Part shown: piece by piece, positions 11,378-22,560 of the stretch
Layout: each line of letters starts with the position of its first letter
How positions within the stretch are numbered: position 1 is the first letter of the stretch
Source: Podarcis filfolensis
Lineage: Eukaryota
Reading direction: 5' to 3' (one strand)
Assembly: GCA_964270895.1 (NCBI GenBank)
Contig: OZ185437.1
Length of the DNA: 64,000 bases
The notes under the pieces: generated by a model
The model's input: the letters and a program-made list of their open reading frames with translations, nothing else
Databases searched by the model: none
What the model was told of the DNA's origin: nothing
Position numbers and translations under genes: made by a program

Positions 11378-13823
11378 CTGGAGACAAAATAATCAAAAAT
11401 CAAATTGCCAGGAAATGACTGTTCACTACAAGGCTGTAAAAAGATTAAGAGGCAGATTCTTCAAGGTCTTGTTTACTGGCAAAAAGAGGCAGGCTTAAGG
11501 GAACAGTTTTCTGAGATGGCAGGAAATTGTGAGGGTGCCAGCAGTCTTACAATGCAAGTGCCATAAATTGCATAAATAAGTAATTTCATTATGAGAGTAA
11601 GCAAACTGTGCCAATCTTAGCATCGGTTGTAAAGGTCTAGCATCCTTCCAAATGTTTTCATTCAGATTTCTTTTCAATGCTATCCTGGAAGCTCTGGAAG
11701 GGCTACAGATATATATGCCTTATATGAGGTATGATGTTGACATGTGCAGGGAGAGGGGGGAATCACAGTGGGACATTTTATAACACATGACAGTGCTGGG
11801 AACTTTTGAGGAAGCTTTTCCATTTTGGAAAAAGAAAAGATGGGAAATTTTCCACTTCACATAAGAACCCTCCCCATCTTTTCAATACGCTGGTGATGTT
11901 TGCAACTATCCACTGCAATCCAGAGAAATATCTGTTTGTTTATATAGTGCTCACCTTTCGAAACACTTGTGGCCGCATTCAATAAGATGAACACAATTCA
12001 GGGCTTAATGATGCGCCTAAGACCAAATTATTTTAATAGGGAATCAAACATGTTATAACATTCTCTGGATTCTGTCCCAAATTTTCAGTACAAACATATG
12101 ATCATTTTGGAGATTATTATGTTGCGCGCAGCTGCAACTTTGGATACTCACTTTGGCCAGACAACCTGAGGACTTGATTCACTAAGCTTCATGCAGTGCT
12201 CTTCCCTGAGGGTTGCCTTCTATGTTTCAGCCAAAAATCCCCCCTTCTCTCTCCTACTGCCTTTTGTTAAGACTGCTCAGAGAGCACAACTTCTCTCTGA
12301 TGCTGTGCATGCTGTGACCTGCTCTTCCCTTGCTCATACATTTATTTTGAACAGGAAAGTAATTATGGATCTGGTTACAGAGTTTGATGTGCTGTATTTA
12401 CTCCACAACTGCCAATTCAATATTTAATATGAACCTTCTCTTCCCCCCCTTTTTAAGCGAGGGTCTAACAATCCATCAGCAACTGTGTTACAAACAATTG
12501 TTGAACAATCTGAAGCAGGGGTGTTTGACATTATTAACTGAAGATACAGGCACACCAAGATGTTACCCTAAATCAAAACAGATTCTACAAAACTCTAGAG
12601 ACGGAAGTCAGGAAGTAAGGGGTGGAGCAGAAGCTGACACCAGGCACAGATTTCATCCCTTGCTAACCCAAATGTATAGGCAACTCATATAAGTCCACAC
12701 TGAATGGCATATATGGGAAAAAGAGATTAGCTGAGAAGGGGTGGGGTGGAGGGTTGTCAAAATGATGAAGGAGGATTGAAGCCCTGACAAAATTTTGAAC
12801 TTTATTTCAACTTAAGGGAGTAGCTCTACAATGTTCTTCCCCCTGCCCCTTTTTCACAATATCAGTGATGTCTTTTCAAACATCAAATTGCTTTTGATCC
12901 TTGAAATAATTGTTTTTGATGTGCATCCAGTGAAATGTACACGTGCATGAAATGATGCCAAGAACCAGCACAGATATTCCAGAGTTTTCCTTGCAATATA
13001 TACAGAAAACTGGTCCAATGAAATGATTGTTTGTGCTATACATGGCCTCTGTCCCTCCCAGTCTGCACCAGCTCCCCACATTTCCCAAAGAAGTGAAGAA
13101 AACCACATTTCCCCGGACAAAGGATGCAATCAGTGCCTGGATGGGAGGCTGCCTGGGAACGCCATTGAGTTACATGGTGAAATTAGAGCTGGATATAAAT
13201 TTACATACCAACTATTTGTTATATTTCTTGGTCACTTTTCTCATTGAATGAACCAAAGCAATTTAGGGCTCATCCCACACTTCCGCTTGCCTAGCCACTT
13301 TCCCCCAGGAAAACCCGCTGTCTACCACTGAATCCAAGCCATACAAGTAAAAGGCAGGACTAACAGATCCTGTCCCACTAATATGCTACAGTCTGGGTGC
13401 CTCTGTTAAAATGAGTGGAGAATTCCAAAATGAAAGTATCAAAGGGCAAATCTTTAAAGAGAATTTCACAGATTGGGTTGAGAAAATTTGCCCTTCCCCT
13501 GAAAAAAGCCAAACACATCCCCCACAGAAGCATCCATGACAACCATCCTAAGTGATGGGATGACAGAGACTATGGAAAGGTATTTTTTTTCAGGTTCTTT
13601 TGCAACTGCACGTCTTATAGCGCACGTCTAATACACACTCAGCCACACTGTTATCCAGGCCGTCACATGTTATTACTGTTATTAATTACCCACTATTCAT
13701 CCTAAGGCCCCGGGTGGGTTACAACATTAACACACAGCTTTAAAAACAGTTTAAAATACCCCACTGAGCAGGTGACAGAGAAAATATAATTAATCTAAAG
13801 ATAGATAAATAACTTCCACTCAC

Positions 13824-13994
13824 TTTCTGTTCCTGTATTTGGGCCTTCACAACTTTGAACTCAGCAGATGGAGGCTTCTGATTAGCCACAAGGTCTTCTG
13901 TGTCAATAAGCCAGCTAAGGATAGATTCGACAGCATCTTGAAACCTCCCACAGTGGAGCAATGCCTCTTGCAACTGGGCTGCTCTTTGAGCAAC
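13824..13994 (-). CDS. DST: DST exon ([10 protein letters not shown]...QIQEQK), 171 nt, phase 0-0
   Basis: long pyrimidine-rich tract then tag|GTTGCT acceptor, AAA|GTGAGT donor. Confidence 0.95.
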
Positions 13995-14335
13995 CTAACA
14001 AACAAAACAAAACAAAACAAAACATTGTAAATATTATCCTCTTCCCACAATACCTCTTTCCATCTTTCCAGTCAATCAAACAACCCCTAGGGAAAATAAG
14101 AACAATTTAAGGCTAGCAACTCCTAAACTATGAAGCTCTTCACTGACTTGAGTGACATTCTGTGCACTTCGGCAAATAATTAAAATTGTCTTAATACAGG
14201 TATGAACAATACAACATTTTGTAGCAGTAGGTCATAGGTGAACAAAGTGTGAGGTAGACCTGCCTAGGGATAATCCCCAGGGAAGCCTAAGTACTTCATG
14301 TGCCTCTTGAATGCACGCATCTTTATTTGGACATT

Positions 14336-14507
14336 AATATAATATAATATAATATAATATAATATAATATAATATAATATAATATACTTTTTTATTTATA
14401 CCCCGCCCATCTGGCTGGGTTTCCCCAGCCACTCTGGGCAGCTTCCAACGAAAGATTAAAAATACATTAAAACATCAGTTATTAAAAACTTCCCTAAACA
14501 GGGCTGA
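14336..14507 (-). mobile_element. 5'-truncated L2-type LINE 3' end with (TATAT)n microsatellite tail
   Basis: tttataccccgcccatctggctggg...gggcagcttccaac motif adjacent to a pentanucleotide run (14336-14386). Confidence 0.65.
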
Positions 14508-14763
14508 AGACAGTTGAGTAGGCATTTTGCTTCAATCAGCATGACACAGAAAGCACCATGAATTATGTTTTGCAATCCTCTATTTCCTTTAGGCTTTTGA
14601 CTTTCTACAGGTTTCTTTCCATGGACATTAAAATGACAGGGTACCCATGTGACAAAGGGTAGTCTGCTTCTGTAGGAGCTCTACATAAGCACCAGAGCAC
14701 ACATGGAGTTCTGGACTGGGGATTTTGTGCATTTTATTATGCAGTCTACTACAATAATGTGTA

Positions 14764-15132
14764 CAGGGACGCGGGTGGCGCTGTGGGTAAAACCTCAGCG
14801 CCTAGGACTTGCCGATCGCATGGTCGGCGGTTCGAATCCCCGCGGCGGGGTGAGCTCCCATCGTTCGGTCCCAGCTCCTGCCCACCTAGCAGTTCGAAAG
14901 CACAATTAAGTGCAAGTAGATAAATAGGTACCGCTTTCTAGCAGGAAGGTAAATGGCGTTCCGTGTGCTGCTCTGGTGCTGGTTCGCCGGAGCAGCTTCG
15001 TCACGCTGGCCACGTGACCCGGAAGTGTCTGCGGACAGCGCTGGCTCCCGGCCTCTAGAGTGAGATGAGCGCACAACCCTAGAGTCTGTCAAGACTGGCC
15101 CGTACGGGCAGGGGTACCTTTACCTTTACCTT
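14764..15132 (+). mobile_element. Full-length Sauria SINE, CpG-rich (young) subfamily
   Basis: A and B boxes (TGGCGCTGTGG, GGTTCGAATCC); (ACCTTT)n tail; 14-bp TSD TACAATAATGTGTA at 14750-14763 and 15133-15146. Confidence 0.93.
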
Positions 15133-15239
15133 TACAATAATGTGTAGTACTACTTTGTAGTGAAAATCAGAAATAAGAGCAAAACAAAAACAACAGCAGA
15201 CTAGAAAGGTAAACAACAGTGCAAATACAACTAACGTAC

Positions 15240-15401
15240 CTTTTTGTTGAGAGTTTTCCATCTTGTGTTAACATCCTCAAGATCACGCTCAAGGTTATCA
15301 GTACTAGCATTTTTAGCAGCACTCTGAATAAGGCCTTGACCCAACCAATTTACCTCCTGTTGCTTAACCTGCAGTGGTTCAATCTTTTCCTTCTCGAATA
15401 C
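15240..15401 (-). CDS. DST: DST exon ([10 protein letters not shown]...WKTLNKK), 162 nt, phase 0-0
   Basis: ctgaag|GTATTC acceptor (AAG type), AAG|GTACGT donor; not in ORF track. Confidence 0.94.
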
Positions 15402-15859
15402 CTTCAGATCAAAAGGAAAAGAAAGAAAGGCAAAGGCACATTTAGATTATTAAGTCTGGAACATGCTGAGCATAAGTAACGACCAGAGCAGATATCAGTA
15501 GTAAAATCACACAGCATGTCGTGAACATAGTGTTGAAAGACAGTATTTAGCTACAGAGTGTACATGTAAAATTGCTCTTAATGTTGTAAACACAAAACAA
15601 CTCAGAGTAAATTATATACACATTAACCCAAACCGGAGTTAAGAAACTGCTATTACATAAAAAAACAATCACTGTATTTAAAAGGAAGAGACAAACATAG
15701 TGCTCCATACTGAATCTTCCTAATATAGATGCTCAAACAATATTTAAAGCAAAAGGTACACGTTGTGGACACCTATGTCAAACTGAAGAGGATGACATAT
15801 TGTGGATAGTAATTGTTCAGATATCTGTTCACAATAGCCCATTCTTCTTGGGGCCATGC

Positions 15860-16720
15860 AACTCTGTGCAAACAGTTATCCTTTGCATATGGCCAGCAGA
15901 CACAAGTAGCCCATAAAAACATAACAGCCCTGATGGATCATGCCAAATGCCCATCTAGACCAACATCTTGTTCTCACAGTGGCCAACCAGATGCCTGTGG
16001 GAAGCTTGAAAGCAGGACTTGAGTGCAAAAAGGACTTGTGACTCTGGCGTACAGAAGCATACTTCTTCCAACAGAGAGAGCATAGCCATCATAGCTAGCA
16101 GCCATTGACAGCTCTATCTTCAATCAATTTGTCTAATTCTTTTTTGAAGCCAATCACAGTAATGGTCACCACTACTTCTTTGTCAAAGTTAAAACTATTC
16201 ACTGCATGAAGAAGTTCTTTCTTAAGTTCTGTCCTGAATCTTCCAACATTTAGCTTCATACTATGGTCCTGGGTTCTAGTATGATTCAGCCAATTTGGAT
16301 AGATCACTTTGGATCTCCTTGCAATCTCTTTTTGTTTTAACCACCCTGAACAACTTGGTACCATCAGCAACCTCAGCTACTATATAATTTATAATTTATA
16401 AATTATAATTTTTTATAATTTATAATTTATAATCAAGTTTTTTAATTTATATTTAATTTTAACTTTAATTTAATTTTAACTTTTTTATTTAATTTTAACT
16501 TTTATAATTTATAATCAAGTTTAAAAGCCCATGTCCCAATGCTGATCTCTTAATTGGGAGAACTGCCTATTTATTCCTACTGTCTGCTTCCTGTTCCTTA
16601 ATTAGTTGCAGAACAGTAGGAGGACCTCTCCTTTTATTCCATGATTAAGCTTACTAAGGAGTCTTTGGTGAAGTACTTTGTCAAACCCTTTCTGAAAGAC
16701 CAAATACACAGTGCCCAGAG
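15860..16720 (-). mobile_element. Degenerate CR1 LINE (3' end plus RT fragment) interrupted by an AT-rich expansion
   Basis: ORF 16095..16370 has CR1 C-terminal-like text (KLNVGRFRTE...GFKKELDKLIED); RT-like segment 16525-16720. Confidence 0.7.
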
Positions 16721-18202
16721 TCTATATAGTAGAGTTTGAAAGTACGAGTAGTAACGGTGGACAAGGCAAATGCTTAAAGTTTGGTGAGGAAATTAATCAA
16801 TCGTCTGAATATGCTCAGCATATGTTTCTGTGGTGCATAATGATTTGCATAGTCATTTAAAAATGATGCAGTGCTCTTAATTCTAATGGGAGGAGCTGGT
16901 GTTGGACAGTGTGGCTCCTACAGACCAAGTGAGCAGTGAGATGCTGGGCACATGCAGGAAGGGACCTGCCCCAGTCCTAACTGCACAGTGGAGAAATGCA
17001 AGCGCTATCCAACGATTTGGGGGCCACTATAGCATGGTGAGCCTGGACCTCAGGAATGGCCTGGGAGAATGAGCTGATCATATGACTAAGGAACTACACC
17101 AGCATTCACCTTCTAGATAAGACTAGTAATGGTTATATTGTTTTAGAAGATACTGAAAAACAGTGGGGACCATGTCCCTTTATTTCCCAGGTGGTCTTCA
17201 TTGGCAAGAAATTCAAGCATGCTTCACACAATGATATCATAATGCAGGTTAACTCAACCCACCAACCTAAGTGATGTTCATTTGAGAACTTGCAAAGGCT
17301 AGTGACAGAAAATATTCCACAGGCATCAAATGCTGTTGGTGGGTTATGAACCCAGGCTATACAAACTGTGGTCTTAAAGCTTCTTACCTTGTAAGTACTC
17401 CCTCCCCTCTCCCCCCCCCCCCAAAAAATCTACTTTTTCTTCTTCTACTGCTACTACAGACACTGTCCCTTGGCAGCAATTTCACTATAGTCAGCAAAAT
17501 ATTGTGAAGCCATTGTACTGCAATACTGTACTGAGCTTTATTATTATAGCTTTACTAGCAAATATGACTCACATCCTGAATATCTATTTCAGCTGCCATT
17601 AGTAACATCATTCCCTTAATACAAGCAATGTTATGGGGATACTACAAGTGTACCTCAGTATGGCTAAAGTTATTCCTCAGAACCTAGGAGCTAGACACTC
17701 AAGTAGCCCAGGACACCCAAATTCCTAGAACAGTCTGAATATAAAGCATGTTTATAGTTGATGTACCTCAATATCAGCCCTAAGTAATTTTTATGCTCAC
17801 ATAATTGAAAACAAAAATGATAAGAAGCCTCCCCAAGATGGGATACATAAATTGTACACCAAAATGGCCAAGCACAACACTAGTAGGAAAAAAGAAACTT
17901 GCTATGCACATTGTGTAAGAAACCCAGATTTTCTAGGGTAGTCTGCAAACAGCACATTTTCACACCTAGGTTTACGTCATAACAGCAGCCAGCACTTCAA
18001 CACACAGCAAGCACATTTGACACACAGGACAGTGTGTGGCCCATCTCTCCTCGAGGCCTTAAATCCACACAAATAACCGGGAGAAGGGGGTTTTGCAGAG
18101 GCAGTGAGGAACTTAAGTCCGAACATGGACAGCTCACACACGTTTGAGACTACATGCAATAATCCTCACACACGGTGGTGTGTTACATAGTAGCAACCAG
18201 GA

Positions 18203-18230
18203 ACACACACACACACACACACACACACAC
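18203..18230. repeat. (AC)14 microsatellite
   Basis: Direct reading. Confidence 0.95.
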
Positions 18231-19617
18231 GTATAATGCTGTTTTTGCTGCACTCAATAGCACTACCTATTTGCAGGACATTGTGAGATTTGTTAGGGGG
18301 GGGCATTATAAAGCAGATTTCTGAGGAACCAAGTAGTTGAAAACAGCAAACAGGTCTTACCTTTCCCACAAAATAATATATAATATGGGCAAGTTCTCTT
18401 TACTTTAGAGAAATAAACAAGGGCTGGGATGCAAAAGCTAATTTACACATACCCAAGTGTTAGCTCAGTAGTATCTTTGGCAATCAAACAGGCAGGCACA
18501 TGTACACACCCCAGGTTCCATAAACTACTTTTGAAATTCCCCTCTCTTTCAAAAGAAGCTTCCTGTGTTTGAGGTTGCTGTGTGAGAAACACAAGTGCTG
18601 CTCCAGTTTAGGCCCATGGAACTAGCAATTCAGTCCTTCAATCCAACTCTCTTCTATTTCAGATGTTCATATATTTTTAAGACAATTCCATAGCAATCCA
18701 AACCGAGTTGTTCCCCTTGATTTGTTGTTTAGATACACATACCTACTCACAAAAGTAGGACTTGAGGCTAGAGTTTGCCAGAACAGCTTAGCAACAAGTC
18801 CTAAAATAACTCAAGACACAACCAGATCAGAGTGACCAAAAACAAAAAGAACAAAATTAAATTAAAGACTTCACAAGCTCCCCATGCTTATTACAAAGCT
18901 GTTTTCTACTTCCTTACTTCATCCACCGCTCAGTAAATGTTACAAGATCCCTTGTAAAAAAAATCCCCTACAACTTTAGGACTACTTTTTGGCATGAAGA
19001 TGCAAGGAAATAATTTCAGTACGTGCAACAAGCCTTTAATCTGTGTACTTTGGAAACCGCAGCAATCTGAGCATCGTTGTGTATACCTTTATGATGAACG
19101 GTGCAATCCTATACGTGTCAACTCAGAAGAAGCATGCCCATTGGGTTTAATGGGCCTTACTCCCATGAAAGTGTGTACAGTATATGGCTGCAGCTGAAAT
19201 CTGGTTAAATCTGAATAGGGAAGGCCTATCTGCCCTTGAATGGCATTGGCTGCTTGAAACATAATTTGAGGGGAGGGGAGGAGGGGGTGCTGAACATCAA
19301 TGCCTAGTGGACGCATTCCAAATAAAGGGTAACAGGCACCATCTGGACAATAAATAGCCATGCAAACAAACAGCTGGAAGCAATCAACCCTGTCACAAAC
19401 TGCCCTTAATCAATTTACTGAAGTGACCATCTCGCCAATTTCTGCCTTCTAATAACTTGTTGGGCAAATGATTCTAAAGGAACTCTTTGGGTAGATTAGC
19501 AAAATCTAAACATAAGCATTCATGATGCAATTACAGAAGAAAAATAATAATAAAAAAATAAAATAAAAAATAACCCACCCTGCAGCATGAAAAGAATGCA
19601 TTTTAGTTTGGAATTAC

Positions 19618-20904
19618 CTTATAAGACAACATGCCATTGCACACTGTATCCAAGGTTTGTTCTATTTGCATGCCTGTAGTCCAAAAGCTGAATTCAGCAC
19701 TGATTGGATTTGCTTTTTGACAGCATGTGGTATTATTAGCCTCTAAAGCCTGACAGGACAATTCTATTGCACTTGTATGGGCCATATTACTTTCCTCAGT
19801 TTCATGCAAAATCACATATTTTACTAAGTCCGTATCACTAGCATGTAAAGCTGCATCATCATCATAAATATCTATATCCTGAGTTGAAATATCCAGGAGG
19901 TCCTTTTCAATCATCCTGTCTTGGGTGTCTAATGGCTCATTAACTTCAGCGCTGTTCCTCACTTCCTCTTTGTCTAAAGTGAAATCATGTTCCCTCTCAC
20001 CATCCAGGAGCCATTGGGGATGTGCTAAGAGGTCTTCTTTCAAATATGTCAGTGGACTGCAATGTCCATCTCCTTCCCCTTGGTTGCCCTCATAGTTCCA
20101 GAAAGGTTCTTGCTCTATATGTGAAGCATTCTGCAATTTTACTCGACAGTGTCCACTGGTAGGGGCACTTCTGGAGGTCAGCAATGAAATTTGATGTTCA
20201 CTACTAGAAATGGTAGGAGAAAATGATCCAAATTTACCTACAAACTGATTATCGTCTATGGAAGATATGCTCCTAAATTGAGTTTGTTCCCCTTCTAGCA
20301 CATTTTGTTTTTCTTCTCTTTCTGCTGGAGGACTGCACAGACCAGAGTCGTCTTCTTCGGAAGTTAGAGAACTAGTCCCACATTTGACCTGGCCTGTTGC
20401 TGCTAAGTCGGACACATCAACAGTCCCAGCAAGTGAACACTCACTTTTATTTGCATAGTCTGCAAAATTTGGTGGAACAAGCATCCTCCAGGATCTCCTA
20501 TGTTCTTTCTTTTCTGTGTGATACTTTGCTTTGGGCAAGCCAGCTGTTCGAATGATGTCACTGTTCAGCTTAAGGGCATCAAAGATCATTTTTTCATCTA
20601 GCTTATTGGCTTCCCGTCCTCTGAGTTCAAAGACACTAGAAGAGGAGAGGGCACCATTGGAGCACAATGTACTAAGGTCCAGTGTTCTATGACTATACGG
20701 CAAAGTCCGATCTGAGAAATGTCTGGAGGAGAGGCTGCCTTTAGAACCTGAGTCAATCTGTTCATTCAGCCGCACTGTGTCATAGATTGACCTCTGGGGA
20801 ACATAACAGTCCTCAATATTTATATCCTCTTCTTCTTCATCACCTTTTCCTACACAAGGAGGATTCTGGCGTAAACAGTCTGGCCTGCTCAGCGGCTTCC
20901 CCAT
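19618..20904 (-). CDS. DST: KIAA0754-like nested/alternative exon of DST (MGKPLSRPDCLRQNPPCVGK...GMLSYK), 429 codons from ATG to an in-frame donor
   Basis: 1.3-kb open frame; strong Kozak GAAATGG; motifs shared with recalled human KIAA0754 (MGKPLSRPDCLR, IEDCYVPQRSIYDT, NEQID, KLDE..IFDALKL, RRSW); AAG|GTAATT phase-0 donor at 19618/19617; phase-1 acceptor at 20945. Confidence 0.85.
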
Positions 20905-21479
20905 TTCTGCAGGAATTAACAGGTCTAGCACTGCTGCTAGGCTATCTTATTGGAGACACACAACACACATAAAGTAAAAATTAAAATAAAGTAATAGAAA
21001 AGCAGTTTTTAAAAAGTACAGTAAACTTGCCCTCAGCAGAAAGATGCTTACATACTAAAACACAGGAAATAATTTATGAGGCGGTTAAGGTCGTAATCAG
21101 TGCATCTGTGTAAGTTTACCTGGCTGTGATTTAAAACATTTCTCCCCCTGCCCCTAAAATATAAAGTGCTTGAGCTTAAGGGGGTGGGGAGAGGGGAAAC
21201 AAAAAAACCCCACACCTTTTAATATTTTAAAATACTAACTCAATGCACAAAGACACCAACAAAATGTACAAACCCCCAAACCCCAGGAAAATCTTTAAGT
21301 GGCTCAAAAGACTCAGAACTTCCCACATAGCATTCCATTTCAATTTTTAGGTCAAAATGTGTGTCTTAAATCTCCAGATTAAGTCTTCAAAATGAATCAG
21401 CATTATAGCAGGCAGCACGCTATATTCAGGAGGTGACAGATTAACTGTAATCCATTTAAATGGCTTGCAGAATTCCATC

Positions 21480-22560
21480 TCCTTTATAAATAAGCCATGT
21501 TGTGGACGCTTTTGAAGAAAAACAAACCAGAAGAGCTGTGGACTGTGGAGACCAAGGCACAGAGAAAGGCTTCAGGAAAAACAAAGGTATATCCAGAGTT
21601 GTAATAATAATAATAATAATAATAATAAAAGAAGAAGCTTTCTCCCCCTTTTTTGGCAGCAGCTATAAATAACCTCGATTCAAAAGGCAGTTTATTCCTT
21701 GCTTCCTTAAAGCTTCTCTGTGGCGCGTTCAGAAGTTCCATGGGAAACACAACAGTTTTCTGAGGAGCCAGACCAATGAAATAATAATACAAAAAAGCAA
21801 CAGAACAGAATTAGTAGAAAAAGAAACTTTTCCCCCAGTTTCACTCGCAGAACACATTCCTTGAAAGTTGTTGTCCTGTTTTAAGGCAACACAGCAGGAA
21901 ACTAGAGCGTTTCTTCCTCCACTCCGGCACAAAGGCACAACAGATTCACATTCTGTTTAAATTCAGCAGGACTTTTTTTTTTCTTTTTCATAAACGGTGG
22001 CTAAAAGAGCGTGGTCACTGTTTTCATCTCCGTCTTGAAGCGCAGCTGTAGCGAAGAAGGCATTAAAAAGAGCTCACAACAATAAACGCTCACATGTCCT
22101 GCCCAGCGCAGCTGATAAGCTTTCCGGCTCTCCCTGGTTTCTTATGGTCTGACAGGCATCCCTCCCAATAGTGAGCTTAAAAGAAACGCCCTTTGCTATT
22201 CTTTAGGCAACATCTGCTCCTATCGCATTCGTTCCCTGAGTATTATTCCAACCGAGCATTAGGAGGTGCCTGACCTCTTAGCTCTTCCCCCTTACGCTTC
22301 CTGCCCCACATGACTTTACTTAGCCATCTTTCACTTTTACTGTTTGTCTTGTCTCTGAATGCGGCTGAGCCTTTTCAGGGGGAGGTGCACAAAGGAGCAA
22401 GTTCCTGTCTGCAGCACTCCTGCATCTCGGAGTCTGTGCTCTCTAATTCTGGAGGAAAAGAGGGTGGGTGGGTGGTGGCTCACAAGCAGAATGGAAAAAC
22501 CGGTGCTAATTAGTTCAAAATGTCAAAAATTTAGTACATATTGCTTAACCGGGTAACCTG
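21480..22560 (-). promoter_or_regulatory. Putative internal promoter/enhancer upstream of the KIAA0754-like exon
   Basis: About 20 CpGs in 21670-22560 by manual count, with no recognisable repeat; AGCGCAGCTG (E-box) twice (22039, 22105); YTA(W)4TAR MEF2-like sites at 21484 and 21663. Confidence 0.45.
21602..21628. repeat. (TAA)9 microsatellite
   Basis: Direct reading; source of the poly-Tyr in ORF 21484..21792. Confidence 0.95.

Noticed and set aside
14388-14400. Sense-strand AATAAA in an L2 tail as an intronic poly(A) site
   Set aside because: Such hexamers are common in AT-rich introns and nothing else supports use
17388-17440. Strong donor AAG|GTAAGA at 17388
   Set aside because: Upstream is a poly-G/purine run with no usable acceptor or start
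18361-18410. Strong donor AAG|GTAAGA at 18361
   Set aside because: No phase-0 acceptor or ATG after the in-frame TAA, so it cannot form a frame-preserving exon in this phase-0 intron
19603-19617. Stop codon ending ORF 19603..20931 (VIPN*), suggesting a stand-alone single-exon gene
   Set aside because: These residues lie beyond an in-frame GTAATT donor, so splicing into DST is more parsimonious; an unspliced form is not excluded
21484-21938. Minus-strand ORFs 21484..21792 (poly-Tyr) and 21729..21938
   Set aside because: Non-ATG starts; the poly-Tyr comes from a (TAA)9 microsatellite; no compatible donor
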